Source: Pristiophorus japonicus
Lineage: Eukaryota
Direction: 5' to 3'
Length of the DNA: 64,000 bases
Assembly: GCF_044704955.1 (NCBI RefSeq)
Contig: NW_027251278.1
Location: 1,054,001-1,118,000 of the forward strand
Notes under the pieces: generated by a model
Database searches by the model: none
Seen by the model: the letters and a program-made list of their open reading frames with translations, nothing else
What the model was told of the DNA's origin: nothing
Shown here: positions 50,239 to 63,239 of the stretch, one piece after another
Layout: every line of letters starts with the position of its first letter
Position numbering within the stretch: position 1 is the first letter of the stretch
Translations under genes and position numbers: made by a program

Positions 50239-51020
50239 GTAGGATCTTTGGCCTGTGCTGACACCGTGTCATATGCCCAGCTCCTCTCCCCCTCCCACGG
50301 CCTGCCTGGGATTGAACCAGGAGATCCGAGTTTGATGTGGCGTTAACTGCCCTGAGCCAGGCCGATGGTTGGACCACTGTGACTGACCTCATCCACTCAT
50401 TTGGGATGGGAACAAGATTCAGGGAAGGTTCCTGCTCTTGGTTGCTCTGCAATGGAGTTCTGCCGGGAAGGTCAAGCGTGGAATTGGGCTGATGTGATAT
50501 CCGCTGTTAAATATCCTCGCAGCACTGTGTCTCGGTTTGTACACGCGTTGGGCACTGAGTGAACTGGAGGAGGAAACCTGTGCAACTACCCCAGTGGAGG
50601 ACCGAGCCTTCAGGAGAGCAGGAGGGGGGAACCTTGTGGCAGGGGAATGTAGTCTTTCTACTTTTGTCAATCTCCTCTCCTGGAAGGGTGTCACAGGCTC
50701 GAGGGGCTGAATGGCCTACTCCTGTTCCTATCTCCCATTAACCTGTGCTGGGTTACTGCTCCGGGTATCTCTGAGCTTGGGCAGTGAGTGTAGATGGGCC
50801 ACTTGACTGTGGGCAGTGTCAGTGCTCGGGTCACTGGATAGTGATGGGGATTTCCCTGCTCCCTGGCTGCAGCGCTCCTGTTTGTGATCGGCTAATGGAG
50901 CACAGACTGGAAATCTGTCCAGGGCCGTGTGGCCCAGCTCCTCGCTCAGTACGTTTTCAGAGCCTGCTCACACTGAGATTTCTGTCCTTCCTTAACCTGC
51001 TTCTTGTGCCTCACTTTAAG

Positions 51021-51195
51021 GTGGTAAATTACAGCGACTCGCGGACAGCAGAGGTAATCTGTGAAAGTGCCTCTAAAATGATCACCTTCATCGACCTGGC
51101 AGGACACCACAAGTACCTAAAGACTACCATCTTTGGCCTCACAAGCTACTGCCCAGACTTTGCCATGCTTGTAGTCAGCGCCAACACTGGCATAG
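51021..51195 (+). CDS. GTPBP2: GTPBP2 exon 6 ([11 protein letters not shown]...[17 protein letters not shown]...ANTGI)
   Basis: G3 motif DLAG; aag acceptor and G|gtatgt donor. Confidence 0.97.
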
Positions 51196-51437
51196 GTATG
51201 TCTGCAGGGAGTGGGCTTGGTACCGGGACATCGAGAGTGGGGAGGCCATTGGGACTGAGCTTGATACTGTGCCAATGAGTAAAATCGTTTATCTTCCTGA
51301 TCATTATCCAGTCACCTCTGTGAACATTATTCTTTCTGGAGGCTGGAGGATAGGATCAGACTCGCAGTGAACCCCCTCCACGGTGAAACAGCCTGCCTGC
51401 ACACACTGTCGTGGTCATGTAAGATGAGTGACCACTT

Positions 51438-51771
51438 CATAGAATCACAGAAATTTACAGCACGGAAGGAGGCCATTTTGGCCCATCGTGTCCGTGCCGG
51501 CCGACCAAGAGCTACTCAGCCTAATCCCATTTTTCAGCTCTCGGTCTGTAGCCCTGTAGGTTACGGCACTTCAAGTGCACATCCAAGTACTTTTTAAATG
51601 TGGTTAGAGTTTCTGCCTCTACCACCCTTTCAGGCAGTGAGTTCCAGACCCCCCACCACCTGCAGGGTTACGGACCGAGAGCTGGAAAGTGGGATTCGGC
51701 TGTATAGCCTCTTGGTCGGCCGGCACGGACACGATGGGCTGAATGGCCTCCTTCCGTGCTGTGATTCTATG
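51438..51771. mobile_element. Two CR1 3' tails in inverted orientation (fold-back)
   Basis: catagaatcacag...ccgtgccggccgaccaagag is mirrored by ctcttggtcggccggcacgg...ctgtgattctatg. Confidence 0.85.
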
Positions 51772-52209
51772 ATAAGGGGTTGGCCATGAAAGACAATATT
51801 TTAAGATCATAAGAATATACGACTGAGATGAAGAGGAATTTCTTAATTGAGAGGGTTGTGAATCTTTGGAATTCTCTCCCCCAGAGAGCTGTGAATGCTG
51901 AATCGTTGAGTATATTCAAAACCATGATGGATGGATTTTTTGGACTCTAGGGGGAATCAAGGCATATGGGGATGAGGCAGGGAAGATGGAGTTGAGGGTG
52001 AAGATCAGCCATGATCTTATTGAATGGCGGAGCAGGCTCCTGATGCCGTAGGACGAATGGGCCGGCTCCTGCTCCAAGTTCTGACATCCGTGATGAGTAT
52101 GGTGATGTATGGGCCCATGTGATGTATGGAGAAGCTGAGTGCTGCACTGTTTGAACACACTGACCCTGATGGCGCCTGTTTGACCCGCTCTGTCTCCTTG
52201 TGTCTGTAG

Positions 52210-52429
52210 CTGGCACCACGCGGGAGCACCTGGGCCTGGCAATGGCCCTCAAGGTCCCCTTCTATATTGTGATCAGTAAAGCGGACCTGTGTACAAAGGC
52301 CACCATCGATCGCACCGTCAAACAGCTGGAGATGGTTCTCAAGCAGCCAGGCTGCAACAAGGTGCCACTGCTGGTGGCAAGCAGCGACGACGCAGTGATG
52401 GCTGCACAGCAGTTTGCACAGTCTCCCAG
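52210..52429 (+). CDS. GTPBP2: GTPBP2 exon 7 (AGTTREHLGLAMALKVPFYIVISKADLC...QFAQSP)
   Basis: G4-type SKAD motif; tag acceptor and AG|gtaagg donor. Confidence 0.97.
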
Positions 52430-52481
52430 GTAAGGAAAGAGTCTGTGTCGCAGTACCTTCCCCAGGGCTCCCCCTCGCTGC

Positions 52482-55400
52482 GCGGCGTGTGTGTGTCCCG
52501 GCCCGGGGGGTGGCGTGTGTGTGTCCCGGGGGGCGGCGTGTGTGTGTCCCGGCCTGGGGGGGCAGCGTGTGTGTGTCTCGGCCCGGGGGCGGCGTGTGTG
52601 TGTCCCGGCCCGGGGGGCAGCGTGTGTGTGTGTCCCGGCCCGGGGGCGGCGTGTGTGTGTCTCGGCCCGGGGGCGGCGTGTGTGTGTGTCCCGGCCCGGG
52701 GGGCAGCGTGTGTGTGTGTCTCGGCCCGGGGGCGGCGTGTGTGTGTCTCGGCCCGGGGGGCAGCGTGTGTGTGTCCCGGCCCGGGGGGCAGCGCGTGTGT
52801 GTCCCGGCCCGGGGGGTGGCGTGTGTGTGTCTCGGGGGCGGCGTGTGTGTGTCCCGGCCCGGGGGGCAGCGTGTGTGTGTCCCGGCCCGGGGGGCAGCGC
52901 GTGTGTGTCCCGGCCCGGGGGGTGGCGTGTGTGTGTCTCGGGGGCGGCGTGTGTGTGTCCCGGCCCGGGGGGCAGCGTGTGTGTGTCCCGGCCCGGGGGG
53001 CAGCGCGTGTGTGTCCCGGCCCGGGGGGTGGCGTGTGTGTGTCTCGGGGGCGGCGTGTGTGTGTCCCGGCCCGGGGGGCAGCGTGTGTGTGTCCCGGCCT
53101 GGGGGGCGGCGTGTGTGTGTCTCGGCCCGGGGGGCAGCGTGTGTGTGTCCCGGCCCGGGGGCGGTGTGTGTGTGTCCCGGCCCGGGGGGCAGCGTGTGTG
53201 TGTCTCGGCCCGGGGGGCGGCGTGTGTGTGTCTCGGCCCGGGGGCGGCGTGTGTGTGTCCCGGCCCGGGGGGCAGCGTGTGTGTGTCCCGGCCCGGGGGG
53301 TGGCGTGTGTGTGTCTCGGCCCGGGGGGTGGCGTGTGTGTGTCTCGGCCCGGGGGGCAGCGTGTGTGTGTCCCGGCCCGGGGGGCGGCGTGTGTGTGTCT
53401 CGGGGGCGGCGTGTGTGTGTCCCGGCCTGGGGGGCGGCGTGTGTGTGTCCCGGCCCGGGGGGCGGCGTGTGTGTGTCTCGGCCCGGGGGCGGCGTGTGTG
53501 TGTCTCGGCCCGGGGGCGGCGTGTGTGTGTGTCCCGGCCCGGGGGGCGGCGTGTGTGTGTCCCGGCCCGGGGGGCGGCGTGTGTGTGTCTCGGCCCGGGG
53601 GCGGCGTGTGTGTGTCTCGGCCCGGGGGGTGGCGTGTGTGTGTCCCGGCCTGGGGGGCGGCGTGTGTGTGTCTCGGCCCGGGGGGCAGCGTGTGTGTGTC
53701 CCAGCCTGGGGGGCGGCGTGTGTGTGTCCCGGGGGGCGGCGTGTGTGTGTCCCGGGGGGCGGCGTGTGTGTGTCTCGGCCCGGGGGGCGGCGTGTGTGTG
53801 TCCCAGCCTGGGGGGTGGCGTGTGTGTGTCCCGGGGGGCGGCGTGTGTGTGTCCCGGGGGGCGGCGTGTGTGTGTCCCGGGGGGCGGCGTGTGTGTGTCC
53901 CGGCCCGGGGGGCGGCGTGTGTGTGTCTCGGCCCGGGGGGCGGCGTGTGTGTGTCTCGGCCCGGGGGCGGCACGTGTGTGTGTCCCAGCCTGGGGGGTGG
54001 CGTGTGTGTGTCCCGGCCCGGGGGGCAGCGTGTGTGTGTCCCGGCCCGGGGGGCAGCGTGTGTGTGTCCCGGCCCGGGGGGCAGCGTGTGTGTGTGTCTC
54101 GGCCCGGGGGCGGCGTGTGTGTGTCCCGGCCCGGGGGGCAGCGTGTGTATGTGTCTCGGCCCGGGGGCGGCGTGTGTGTGTCCCGGCCCGGGGGCGGCGT
54201 GTGTGTGTCCCGGCCCGGGGGGCGGCGTGTGTGTGTCCCGGCCCGGGGGGCGGCGTGTGTGTGTCCCGGCCCGGGGGCGGCGTGTGTGTGTCCCGGCCCG
54301 GGGGCGGCGTGTGTGTGTCCCGGCCCGGGGGCGGCGTGTGTGTGTCCCGGCCCGGGGGCGGCGTGTGTGTGTCCCGGCCCGGGGGCGGCGTGTGTGTGTC
54401 CCGGCCCGGGGGCGGCGTGTGTGTGTCCCGGCCCGGGGGCGGCGTGTGTGTGTCCCGGCCCGGGGGCAGCGTGTGTGTGTCTCGGGGGCGGCGTGTGTGT
54501 GTCCCGGCCCAGGGGCAGCGTGTGTGTGTGTCCCGGCCCGGGGGCGGCGTGTGTGTGTCCCGGCCCGGGGGGCAGCGTGTGTATGTGTCTCGGCCCGGGG
54601 GCGGCGTGTGTGTGTCCCGGCCCGGGGGGCAGCGTGTGTATGTGTCTCGGCCCGGGGGGCGGCGTGTGTGTGTCCCGGCCCGGGGGGCGGCGTGTGTGTG
54701 TCTCGGCCCGGGGGCGGCGTGTGTGTGTCCCGGCCCGGGGGCGGCGTGTGTGTGTCCCGGCCCGGGGGGTGGCGTGTGTGTGTCCCGGCCCGGGGGGCAG
54801 CGTGTGTGTGTCTCGGCCCGGGGGGTGGCGTGTGTGTGTCCCGGCCCGGGGGGCAGCGTGTGTGTGTCCCGGCCCGGGGGCGGCGTGTGTGTGTCCCCGG
54901 GGGCAGCGTGTGTGTGTGTCCCGGCCCGGGGGCAGTGTGTGTGTGTCCCGGCCCGGGGGCAGCGTGTGTGTGTCCCGGCCCGGGGGCGGCGTGTGTGTGT
55001 CCCGGCCCGGGGGGTGGCGTGTGTGTGTCCCGGCCCGGGGGGCAGCGTGTGTGTGTCCCGGCCCGGGGGGCAGCGTGTGTGTGTGTCCCGGCCCGGGGGC
55101 AGCGTGTGTGTGTCCCGGCCCGGGGGCGGCGTGTGTGTGTCCCGGCCCGGGGGGTGGCGTGTGTGTGTCCCGGCCCGGGGGGCAGCGTGTGTGTGTCCCG
55201 GCCCGGGGGGCGGCGTGTGTGTGTGTCCCGGCCCGGGGGCAGCGTGTGTGTGTCCCGGCCCGGGGGCGGCGTGTGTGTGTCCCGGCCCGGGGGGCGGCGT
55301 GTGTGTGTCCCGGCCCGGGGGCGGCGTGTGTGTGTCCCGGCCCGGGGGCGGCGTGTGTGTGTCCCGGCCCGGGGGCGGCGTGTGTGTGTCCCGGCCCGGG

Positions 55401-55757
55401 GGCGGCGTGTGTGTGTCCCGGCCCGGGGGGCAGCGTGTGTGTGTCCCGGCCCGGGGGCGGCGTGTGTGTGTCCCGGCCCGGGGGGTGGCGTGTGTGTGTC
55501 CCGGCCCGGGGGGCAGCGTGTGTGTGTCCCGGCCCGGGGGGCGGCGTGTGTGTGTGTCCCGGCCCGGGGGCAGCGTGTGTGTGTCCCGGCCCGGGGGCGG
55601 CGTGTGTGTGTCCCGGCCCGGGGGGCGGCGTGTGTGTGTCCCGGCCCGGGGGCGGCGTGTGTGTGTCCCGGCCCGGGGGCGGCGTGTGTGTGTCCCGGCC
55701 CGGGGGCGGCGTGTGTGTGTCCCGGCCCGGGGGCGGCGTGTGTGTGTCCCGGCCCGG
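52482..55757. repeat. CpG-rich 26-29-bp minisatellite (gcgtgtgtgtgtcccggcccggggggc), about 3.3 kb
   Basis: Seen directly. Confidence 0.97.
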
Positions 55758-55861
55758 CGCAATGCTTTACTTCAGCATCTCTATTTTCATTCATCATTCT
55801 AGCTTTCTGTCACTGTTTGTTTCCTGGTTCGGGTCAGGAATGTGTGCGTGTTTTCTACGTT

Positions 55862-56570
55862 CAACCACACTGGGAGCACTGTGCACAGTACTGGTCTCCA
55901 TATACCTTGGTTAGACCACACTGGGAGCACTGTGCACAGTACAGGTCACCATATACCTTGGTTAGACCACACTGGGAGCACTGTGCACAGTACTGGTCAC
56001 CATATACCTTGGTTAGACCACACTGGGAGCACTGTGCACAGTTCTGGTCACCATATACCTGGATTAGACCACACTGGGAGCACCGTGCACAGTACTGGTC
56101 TCCATATACCTGGGTTAGACCACACTGGGAGCACTGTGCACAGTACAGGTCACCATATACCTTGGTTAGACCACACTGGGAGCACTGTGCACAGTACAGG
56201 TCACCATATACCTGGGTTAGACCACACTGGGAGCAATATGTACAGTACAGGTCACCATATACCTGGGTTAGACCACACTGGGAGCACTATGTACAGTACT
56301 GGTCACCATATACCTGGGTTAGACCACACTGGGAGCATTGTGCACAGTACTGGTCACCATATACCTGGGTTAGACCACACTGGGAGCAATATGTACAGTA
56401 CAGGTCACCATATACCTGGGTTAGACCACACTGGGAGCACTATGTACAGTACTGGTCACCATATACCTGGGTTAGACCACACTGGGAGCATTGTGCACAG
56501 TACTGGTCACCATATACCTGGGTTAGACCACACTGGGAGCACCCCGTGCACAGTTCAGGTCTCCATATTA
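55862..56570 (+). repeat. 51-bp tandem repeat derived from CR1 RT (LVRPHWEHCAQYWSPYT), about 14 copies
   Basis: The unit is ttagaccacactgggagcactgtgcacagtactggtcaccatataccttgg. CR1 continues after it (KVQKRFTGMIPE). Confidence 0.92.
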
Positions 56571-57110
56571 TAGAGACACTTGGGAAGGTGCAAAAAAGAT
56601 TCACAGGAATGATCCCAGAACGGAGAGGTTATACCTATCTGGAAAGACGAGGTAATCAAGGGATAGGGGGATGGTGGAGGAATGTGGAGTTGAGGTCGGA
56701 GATGAGCCGTGATCTTATTTAGTGGTGGAGCAGGCTCGAGGAGCTGACCCCTGCCCCTAATTCTTCAGTTCTTTTACTGAACAGATGGGGCTCTTCTCTA
56801 GAAAAGAGAAGGGCGGGGGGGGGCGGTGACCTGATGCCGGTCTTAAAGATAATGAAAGGGCTTGGTAGGGTACATGTCGAGAAGATGTTACCATCTGGGG
56901 AGACCAGAACTAGAGGCCATCAATATAAGACAGTCACTAATAAATCCAATAGGGAATTCAGGAGCAGCAACTTTCCCCAGAGAGGGATGAGAATGTGGAA
57001 CTCGCTGCCACAGGGAGTGGTTGAGGTGAATAGTATCGATGTATTTAAGGTGAGGCTGGATAAACACATGAGGGAGAAAGGAATAGAAGGATATGCTGAT
57101 GGGGTGGGAG
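56570..57110 (+). mobile_element. CR1 3' fragments
   Basis: ORF 56834-57136 reads TRTRGHQYK...RMWNSLPQGVVE. Confidence 0.85.
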
Positions 57111-57513
57111 AAAGTTGGTGTGGAGCTGTGCTGTAAATTCTGTGTTGGGGCCCGGTTCGAGGCGATGCCACCCTGGTGCCCAATGGCCAATCTTCAATTG
57201 TGGGCACAGACACCGATGGCTACATGTTTATTGGACTGTCGGGTGCTGGGGGCAGAAGCTGAGCTTGAGCCTGGGCCCGTTCTGGCCCAGCAGTCTCGCC
57301 GGAGTCCTTGGCTAGCCCCCTCTCCGTGTCAGGCCAGGAACGCTGAGACCAATCCCAGCTGAACCGAGATGGGCTAACGTCAGACCAGGAATCGCAGGCA
57401 GCGGTCAACGAAACTTAAAATGAGCTGGGCATGTCGGTATGGGGGCCTGAAGACCAACGGAGAGAGGGCAGCAGTGCCGCGTGTGCAGTAATGTCCTTGT
57501 GTGTTGTGTTTAG

Positions 57514-57649
57514 CATCACTCCGATCTTCACCCTGTCCAGTGTGAGCGGGGTTAACCTGGACCTGCTGAAGGTATTCCTCAACGTGCTGCCCCCACTGAC
57601 CAACAGCAAGGAGCAGGAGGAGCTGATGCAGCAACTGACGGAGTTTCAG
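57514..57649 (+). CDS. GTPBP2: GTPBP2 exon 8 (ITPIFTLSSVSGVNLDLLKVFLNVLPPLTNSKEQEELMQQLTEFQ)
   Basis: tag acceptor and CAG|gtaaag donor; phase is consistent. Confidence 0.97.
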
Positions 57650-57754
57650 GTAAAGAGACTGACTGGCCGCGCGGGGAATCACCTCGTTCAGCATTCGAGG
57701 CATTCACAACCTGGGGGTGTCCCAGCCAGTGAAGCACTGTGTAATATAGGACAT

Positions 57755-57945
57755 GCAGCACCAAGATCCCACAGACAGCAAATGAGATAAATGATCACGC
57801 AATGTTATTTAGTGATGCTTTGTGAGGGATAAGTATTGGCCAGGACAAGGGAAAACACCCTGCTCTTCAAATAGTGTCACGGGATCTTTTACATCCACCT
57901 GAGAGGGCAGACGGGGCCGACGTTTAATGCCTCATCCCTCGACAC
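57755..57945 (-). mobile_element. Deu-domain SINE fragment leading into the 27-bp array
   Basis: gggataagtattggccagg...gggatcttttacatccacctgagagggcagacggggcc...tttaatgcctcatcc. Confidence 0.82.
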
Positions 57946-60900
57946 TGTCCCATCGCACACTCCCACAGTAAATCTCCCATCGCACACTCCCATAGTAAAA
58001 TCTCCCATCACATACTCCCATAGTAAATCTCCCATCACACACTCCCATAGTAAATCTCCCATCACACACTCCCACAGTAAATCTCCCATCACACACTCCC
58101 ATAGTAAATCTCCCATCGCACACTCCCATAGTAAATCTCCCATCACACACTCCCATAGTAAATCTCCCATCACACACTCCCACAGTAAATCTCCCATCAC
58201 ACACTCCCATAGTAAATCTCCCATAGTAAATCTCCCATCACACACTCCCATAGTAAATCTCCCATCACACACTCCCATAGTAAATCTCCCATCACACACT
58301 CCCACAGTAAATCTCCCATCACACACTCCCACAGTAAATCTCCCATCACACACTCCCATAGTAAATCTCCCATCACACACTCCCACAGTAAATCTCCCAT
58401 CGCACACTCCCATAGTAAATCTCCCATCACACACTCCCACAGTAAATCTCCCATCACACACTCCCACAGTAAATCTCCCATCGCACACTCCCATAGTAAA
58501 TCTCCCATCACACACTCCCACAGTAAATCTCCCATCACACACTCCCATAGTAAATCTCCCATCACACACTCCCACAGTAAATCTCTCATCACACACTCCC
58601 ACAGTAAATCTCCCATCACACACTCCCACAGTAAATCTCCCATCACACACTCCCACAGTAAATCTCCCATCACACACTCCCACAGTAAATCTCCCATCAC
58701 ACACTCCCACAGTAAATCTCCCATCACACACTCCCACAGTAAATCTCCCATCACACACTCCCATAGTAAATCTCCCATCACACACTCCCACAGTAAATCT
58801 CCCATCACACACTCCCATAGTAAATCTCCCATCACACACTCCCATAGTAAATCTCCCATCACACTCCCATAGTAAATCTCCCATCACACACTCCCACAGT
58901 AAATCTCCCATCACACACTCCCACAGTAAATCTCCCATCGCACACTCCCATAGTAAATCTCCCATCACACACTCCCATAGTAAATCTCCCATCACACACT
59001 CCCATAGTAAATCTCCCATCACACACTCCCACAGTAAATCTCCCATCACACACTCCCACAGTAAATCTCCCATCACACACTCCCATAGTAAATCTCCCAT
59101 CACACACTCCCATAGTAAATCTCCCATCACACACTCCCATAGTAAATCTCCCATCACACACTCCCACAGTAAATCTCCCATCACACCCTCCCATAGTAAA
59201 TCTCCCATCACACACTCCCATAGTAAATCTCCCATCACACACTCCCACAGTAAATCTCCCATCACACACTCCCATAGTAAATCTCCCATCACACACTCCC
59301 ACAGTAAATCTCCCATCACACACTCCCACAGTAAATCTCCCATCACACACTCCCACAGTAAATCTCCCATCACACACTCCCATAGTAAATCTCCCATCAC
59401 ACACTCCCACAGTAAATCTCCCATCACACACTCCCACAGTAAATCTCCCATCACACACTCCCATAGTAAATCTCCCATCACACACTCCCACAGTAAATCT
59501 CCCATCACACCCTCCCATAGTAAATCTCCCATCACACACTCCCACAGTAAATCTCCCATCACACACTCCCACAGTAAATCTCCCATCACACACTCCCATA
59601 GTAAATCTCCCATCACACACTCCCATAGTAAATCTCCCATCACACTCCCATAGTAAATCTCCCATCACACACTCCCACAGTAAATCTCCCATCACACACT
59701 CCCACAGTAAATCTCCCATCACACACTCCCATAGTAAATCTCCCATCACACACTCCCATAGTAAATCTCCCATCACACACTCCCATAGTAAATCTCCCAT
59801 CACACACTCCCATAGTAAATCTCCCATCACACACTCCCATAGTAAATCTCCCATCACACAATCCCATAGTAAATGTCCCATCACACACTCCCATAGTAAA
59901 TGTCCCATCACACAATCCCATAGTAAATCTCCCATCGCACACTCACGGGGTAAATCTCCCATCACACACTCCCATCGTAAATCTCATCACACACTCCCGG
60001 GGTAAATCTCCCATCACACACTCCCGGGGAAAATCTCCCATCACACACTCCCATAGTAAATCTCCCATCACACACTCCCGGGGTAAATCTCCCATCACAC
60101 ACTCCCATAGTAAATCTCCCATCGCACACACCCAGGGTAAATCTCCCATCACACACTCCCATAGTAAATCTCCCATCTCACACTCCCGGGGTAAATCTCC
60201 CATCGCACACTCTCATAGTAAATCTCGAATCGCACACTCCCATAGTAAATCTCGAATCGCACACTCCCATCGTAAATCTCCCATCACACACTCCCGGGGT
60301 AAATCTCCCATCGCACACTCCCACAGTAAATCTCCCATCACACTCCCATAGTAAATCTCCCATCACACACTCCCATAGTAAATCTCCCATCACACACTCC
60401 CACAGTAAATCTCCCATCGCACACTCCCACAGTAAATCTCCCATCACACACTCCCACAGTAAATCTCCCATCACACACTCCCACAGTAAATCTCCCATCA
60501 CACTCCCACAGTAAATCTCCCATCACACACTCCCGGGGTAAATCTCCCATCACACACTCCCATCGTAAATCTCCCATCACACACTCCCGGGGTAAATCTC
60601 CCATCTCACACTCCCAGGGTAAATCTCCCATCTCACACTCCCAGGGTAAATCTCCCATCACACAGTCCCAGGGCAAATCTCCCATCGCACACTCCCATAG
60701 TAAATCTCCCATCACACACTCCCGGGGTAAATCTCCCATCACACACTCCCGGGTCAAATCTCCCATCACACACTTCCATAGTAAATCTCCCATCACACAC
60801 TCCCATAGTAAATCTCCCATCGCACACTCCCATAGTAAATCTCCCATCACACACTCCCGGGGTAAATCTCCCATCACACACTCCCGGGTCAAATCTCCCA

Positions 60901-63028
60901 TCACACACTTCCATAGTAAATCTCCCATCGCACACTCCCATAGTAAATCTCCCATCACACACACCCGGGGCAAATCTCCCATCACACACTTCCATAGTAA
61001 ATCTCCCATCACACACTCCCATAGTAAATCTCCCATCACACACTCCCATAGTAAATCTCCCATCACACACTCCCATAGTAAATCTCCCATCACACACTCC
61101 CGGGGCAAATCTCCCATCACACACTCCCGGGGAAAATCTCCCATCGCACACTCCCATAGTAAATCTCCCATCGCACACTCCCATAGTAAATCTCCCATCA
61201 CACACTTCCATAGTAAATCTCCCATCACACACTCCCATAGTAAATCTCCCATCGCACACACCCAGGGTAAATCTCCCATCACACACTCCCATAGTAAATC
61301 TCCCATCTCACACTCCCGGGGTAAATCTCCCATCGCACACTCTCATAGTAAATCTCGAATCGCACACTCCCATAGTAAATCTCGAATCGCACACTCCCAT
61401 CGTAAATCTCCCATCACACACTCCCGGGGTAAATCTCCCATCGCACACTCCCACAGTAAATCTCCCATCACACTCCCATAGTAAATCTCCCATCACACAC
61501 TCCCATAGTAAATCTCCCATCACACACTCCCACAGTAAATCTCCCATCGCACACTCCCACAGTAAATCTCCCATCACACACTCCCACAGTAAATCTCCCA
61601 TCACACACTCCCACAGTAAATCTCCCATCACACTCCCACAGTAAATCTCCCATCACACACTCCCGGGGTAAATCTCCCATCACACACTCCCATCGTAAAT
61701 CTCCCATCACACACTCCCGGGGTAAATCTCCCATCTCACACTCCCAGGGTAAATCTCCCATCTCACACTCCCAGGGTAAATCTCCCATCACACAGTCCCA
61801 GGGCAAATCTCCCATCGCACACTCCCATAGTAAATCTCCCATCACACACTCCCGGGGTAAATCTCCCATCACACACTCCCGGGTCAAATCTCCCATCACA
61901 CACTTCCATAGTAAATCTCCCATCACACACTCCCATAGTAAATCTCCCATCGCACACTCCCATAGTAAATCTCCCATCACACACTCCCGGGGTAAATCTC
62001 CCATCACACACTCCCGGGTCAAATCTCCCATCACACACTTCCATAGTAAATCTCCCATCGCACACTCCCATAGTAAATCTCCCATCACACACACCCGGGG
62101 CAAATCTCCCATCACACACTCCCATAGTAAATCTCCCATCACACACTCCCATAGTAAATCTCCCATCACACACTCCCATAGTAAATCTCCCATCACACAC
62201 TCCCATAGTAAATCTCCCATCACACACTCCCATAGTAAATCTCCCATCACACACTCCCATAGTAAATCTCCCATCACACACTCCCATAGTAAATCTCCCA
62301 TCACACACTCCCATAGTAAATCTCCCATCACACACTCCCACAGTAAATCTCCCATCACACACTCCCGGGGCAAATCTCCCATCACACACTCCCGGGGAAA
62401 ATCTCCCATCGCACACTCCCATAGTAAATCTCCCATCGCACACTCCCATAGTAAATCTCCCATCACACACTTCCATAGTAAATCTCCCATCACGCACTCC
62501 CATAGTAAATCTCCCATCACACACACCCGGGGCAAATCTCCCATCACACACTCCCATAGTAAATCTCCCATCACACACTCCCATAGTAAATCTCCCATCA
62601 CACACTCCCATAGTAAATCTCCCATCACACACTCCCGGGGTAAATCTCCCATCACACACTCCCAAAGTAAATCTCTCATCACACACTCCCATAGTAAATC
62701 TCCCATCGCACACTCCCATAGTAAATCTCTCATCACACACTCCCATAGTAAATCTCCCATCGCACACTCCCATAGTAAATCTCCCATCGCACACTCCCGG
62801 TGTAAATCTCCCATCGCACACTCCCATAGTAAATCTCCCATCACACACTCCCGGTGTAAATCTCCCATCGCACACTCCCATAGTAAATCTCCCATCACAC
62901 ACTCCCGGTGTAAATCTCCCATCGCACACTCCCATAGTAAATCTCCCATCACACACTCCCGGTGTAAATCTCCCATCGCACACTCCCATGGTAAACCTCC
63001 CCCCGCACTGTCCCATCAAACACTCCAA
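57946..63028. repeat. About 5-kb 27-bp minisatellite (catcacacactcccatagtaaatctcc) with an internal 1130-bp duplication
   Basis: Seen directly. The ORF track shows a 9-aa period (MGDLLWECV). Confidence 0.97.
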
Positions 63029-63156
63029 TTGGTCTGTGGGGAGGAGGTGACGAGATATAGTGAGTGTGTGGGTGGGGTTAACCTACTCTCAAGAGTTGGA
63101 CTTGTTTGAGGTTTATTCCTTTCTCATGTTCCTAATAATACTTTCCCCTGCTGCAG

Positions 63157-63215
63157 GTTGATGAAATCTACTCTGTACCTGATGTCGGGACAGTTGTTGG
63201 TGGTACTCTGTACAG
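63157..63215 (+). CDS. GTPBP2: GTPBP2 exon 9 (VDEIYSVPDVGTVVGGTLY)
   Basis: Start of the EF-Tu-like domain II; cag acceptor and AG|gtaaga donor. Confidence 0.96.
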
Positions 63216-63239
63216 GTAAGAATAAAAAGCCTTCTGTAC

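Noticed and set aside
52262-56722. Cys-rich or His-rich ORFs of 1100-1480 aa resembling keratin-associated or metal-binding proteins
   Set aside because: They are minisatellite translations inside GTPBP2 intron 7, open on both strands.
57889-63028. MGDLLWECV repeat protein on the minus strand
   Set aside because: It is a 27-bp satellite with frameshifting 25-bp units and no promoter or splice support.
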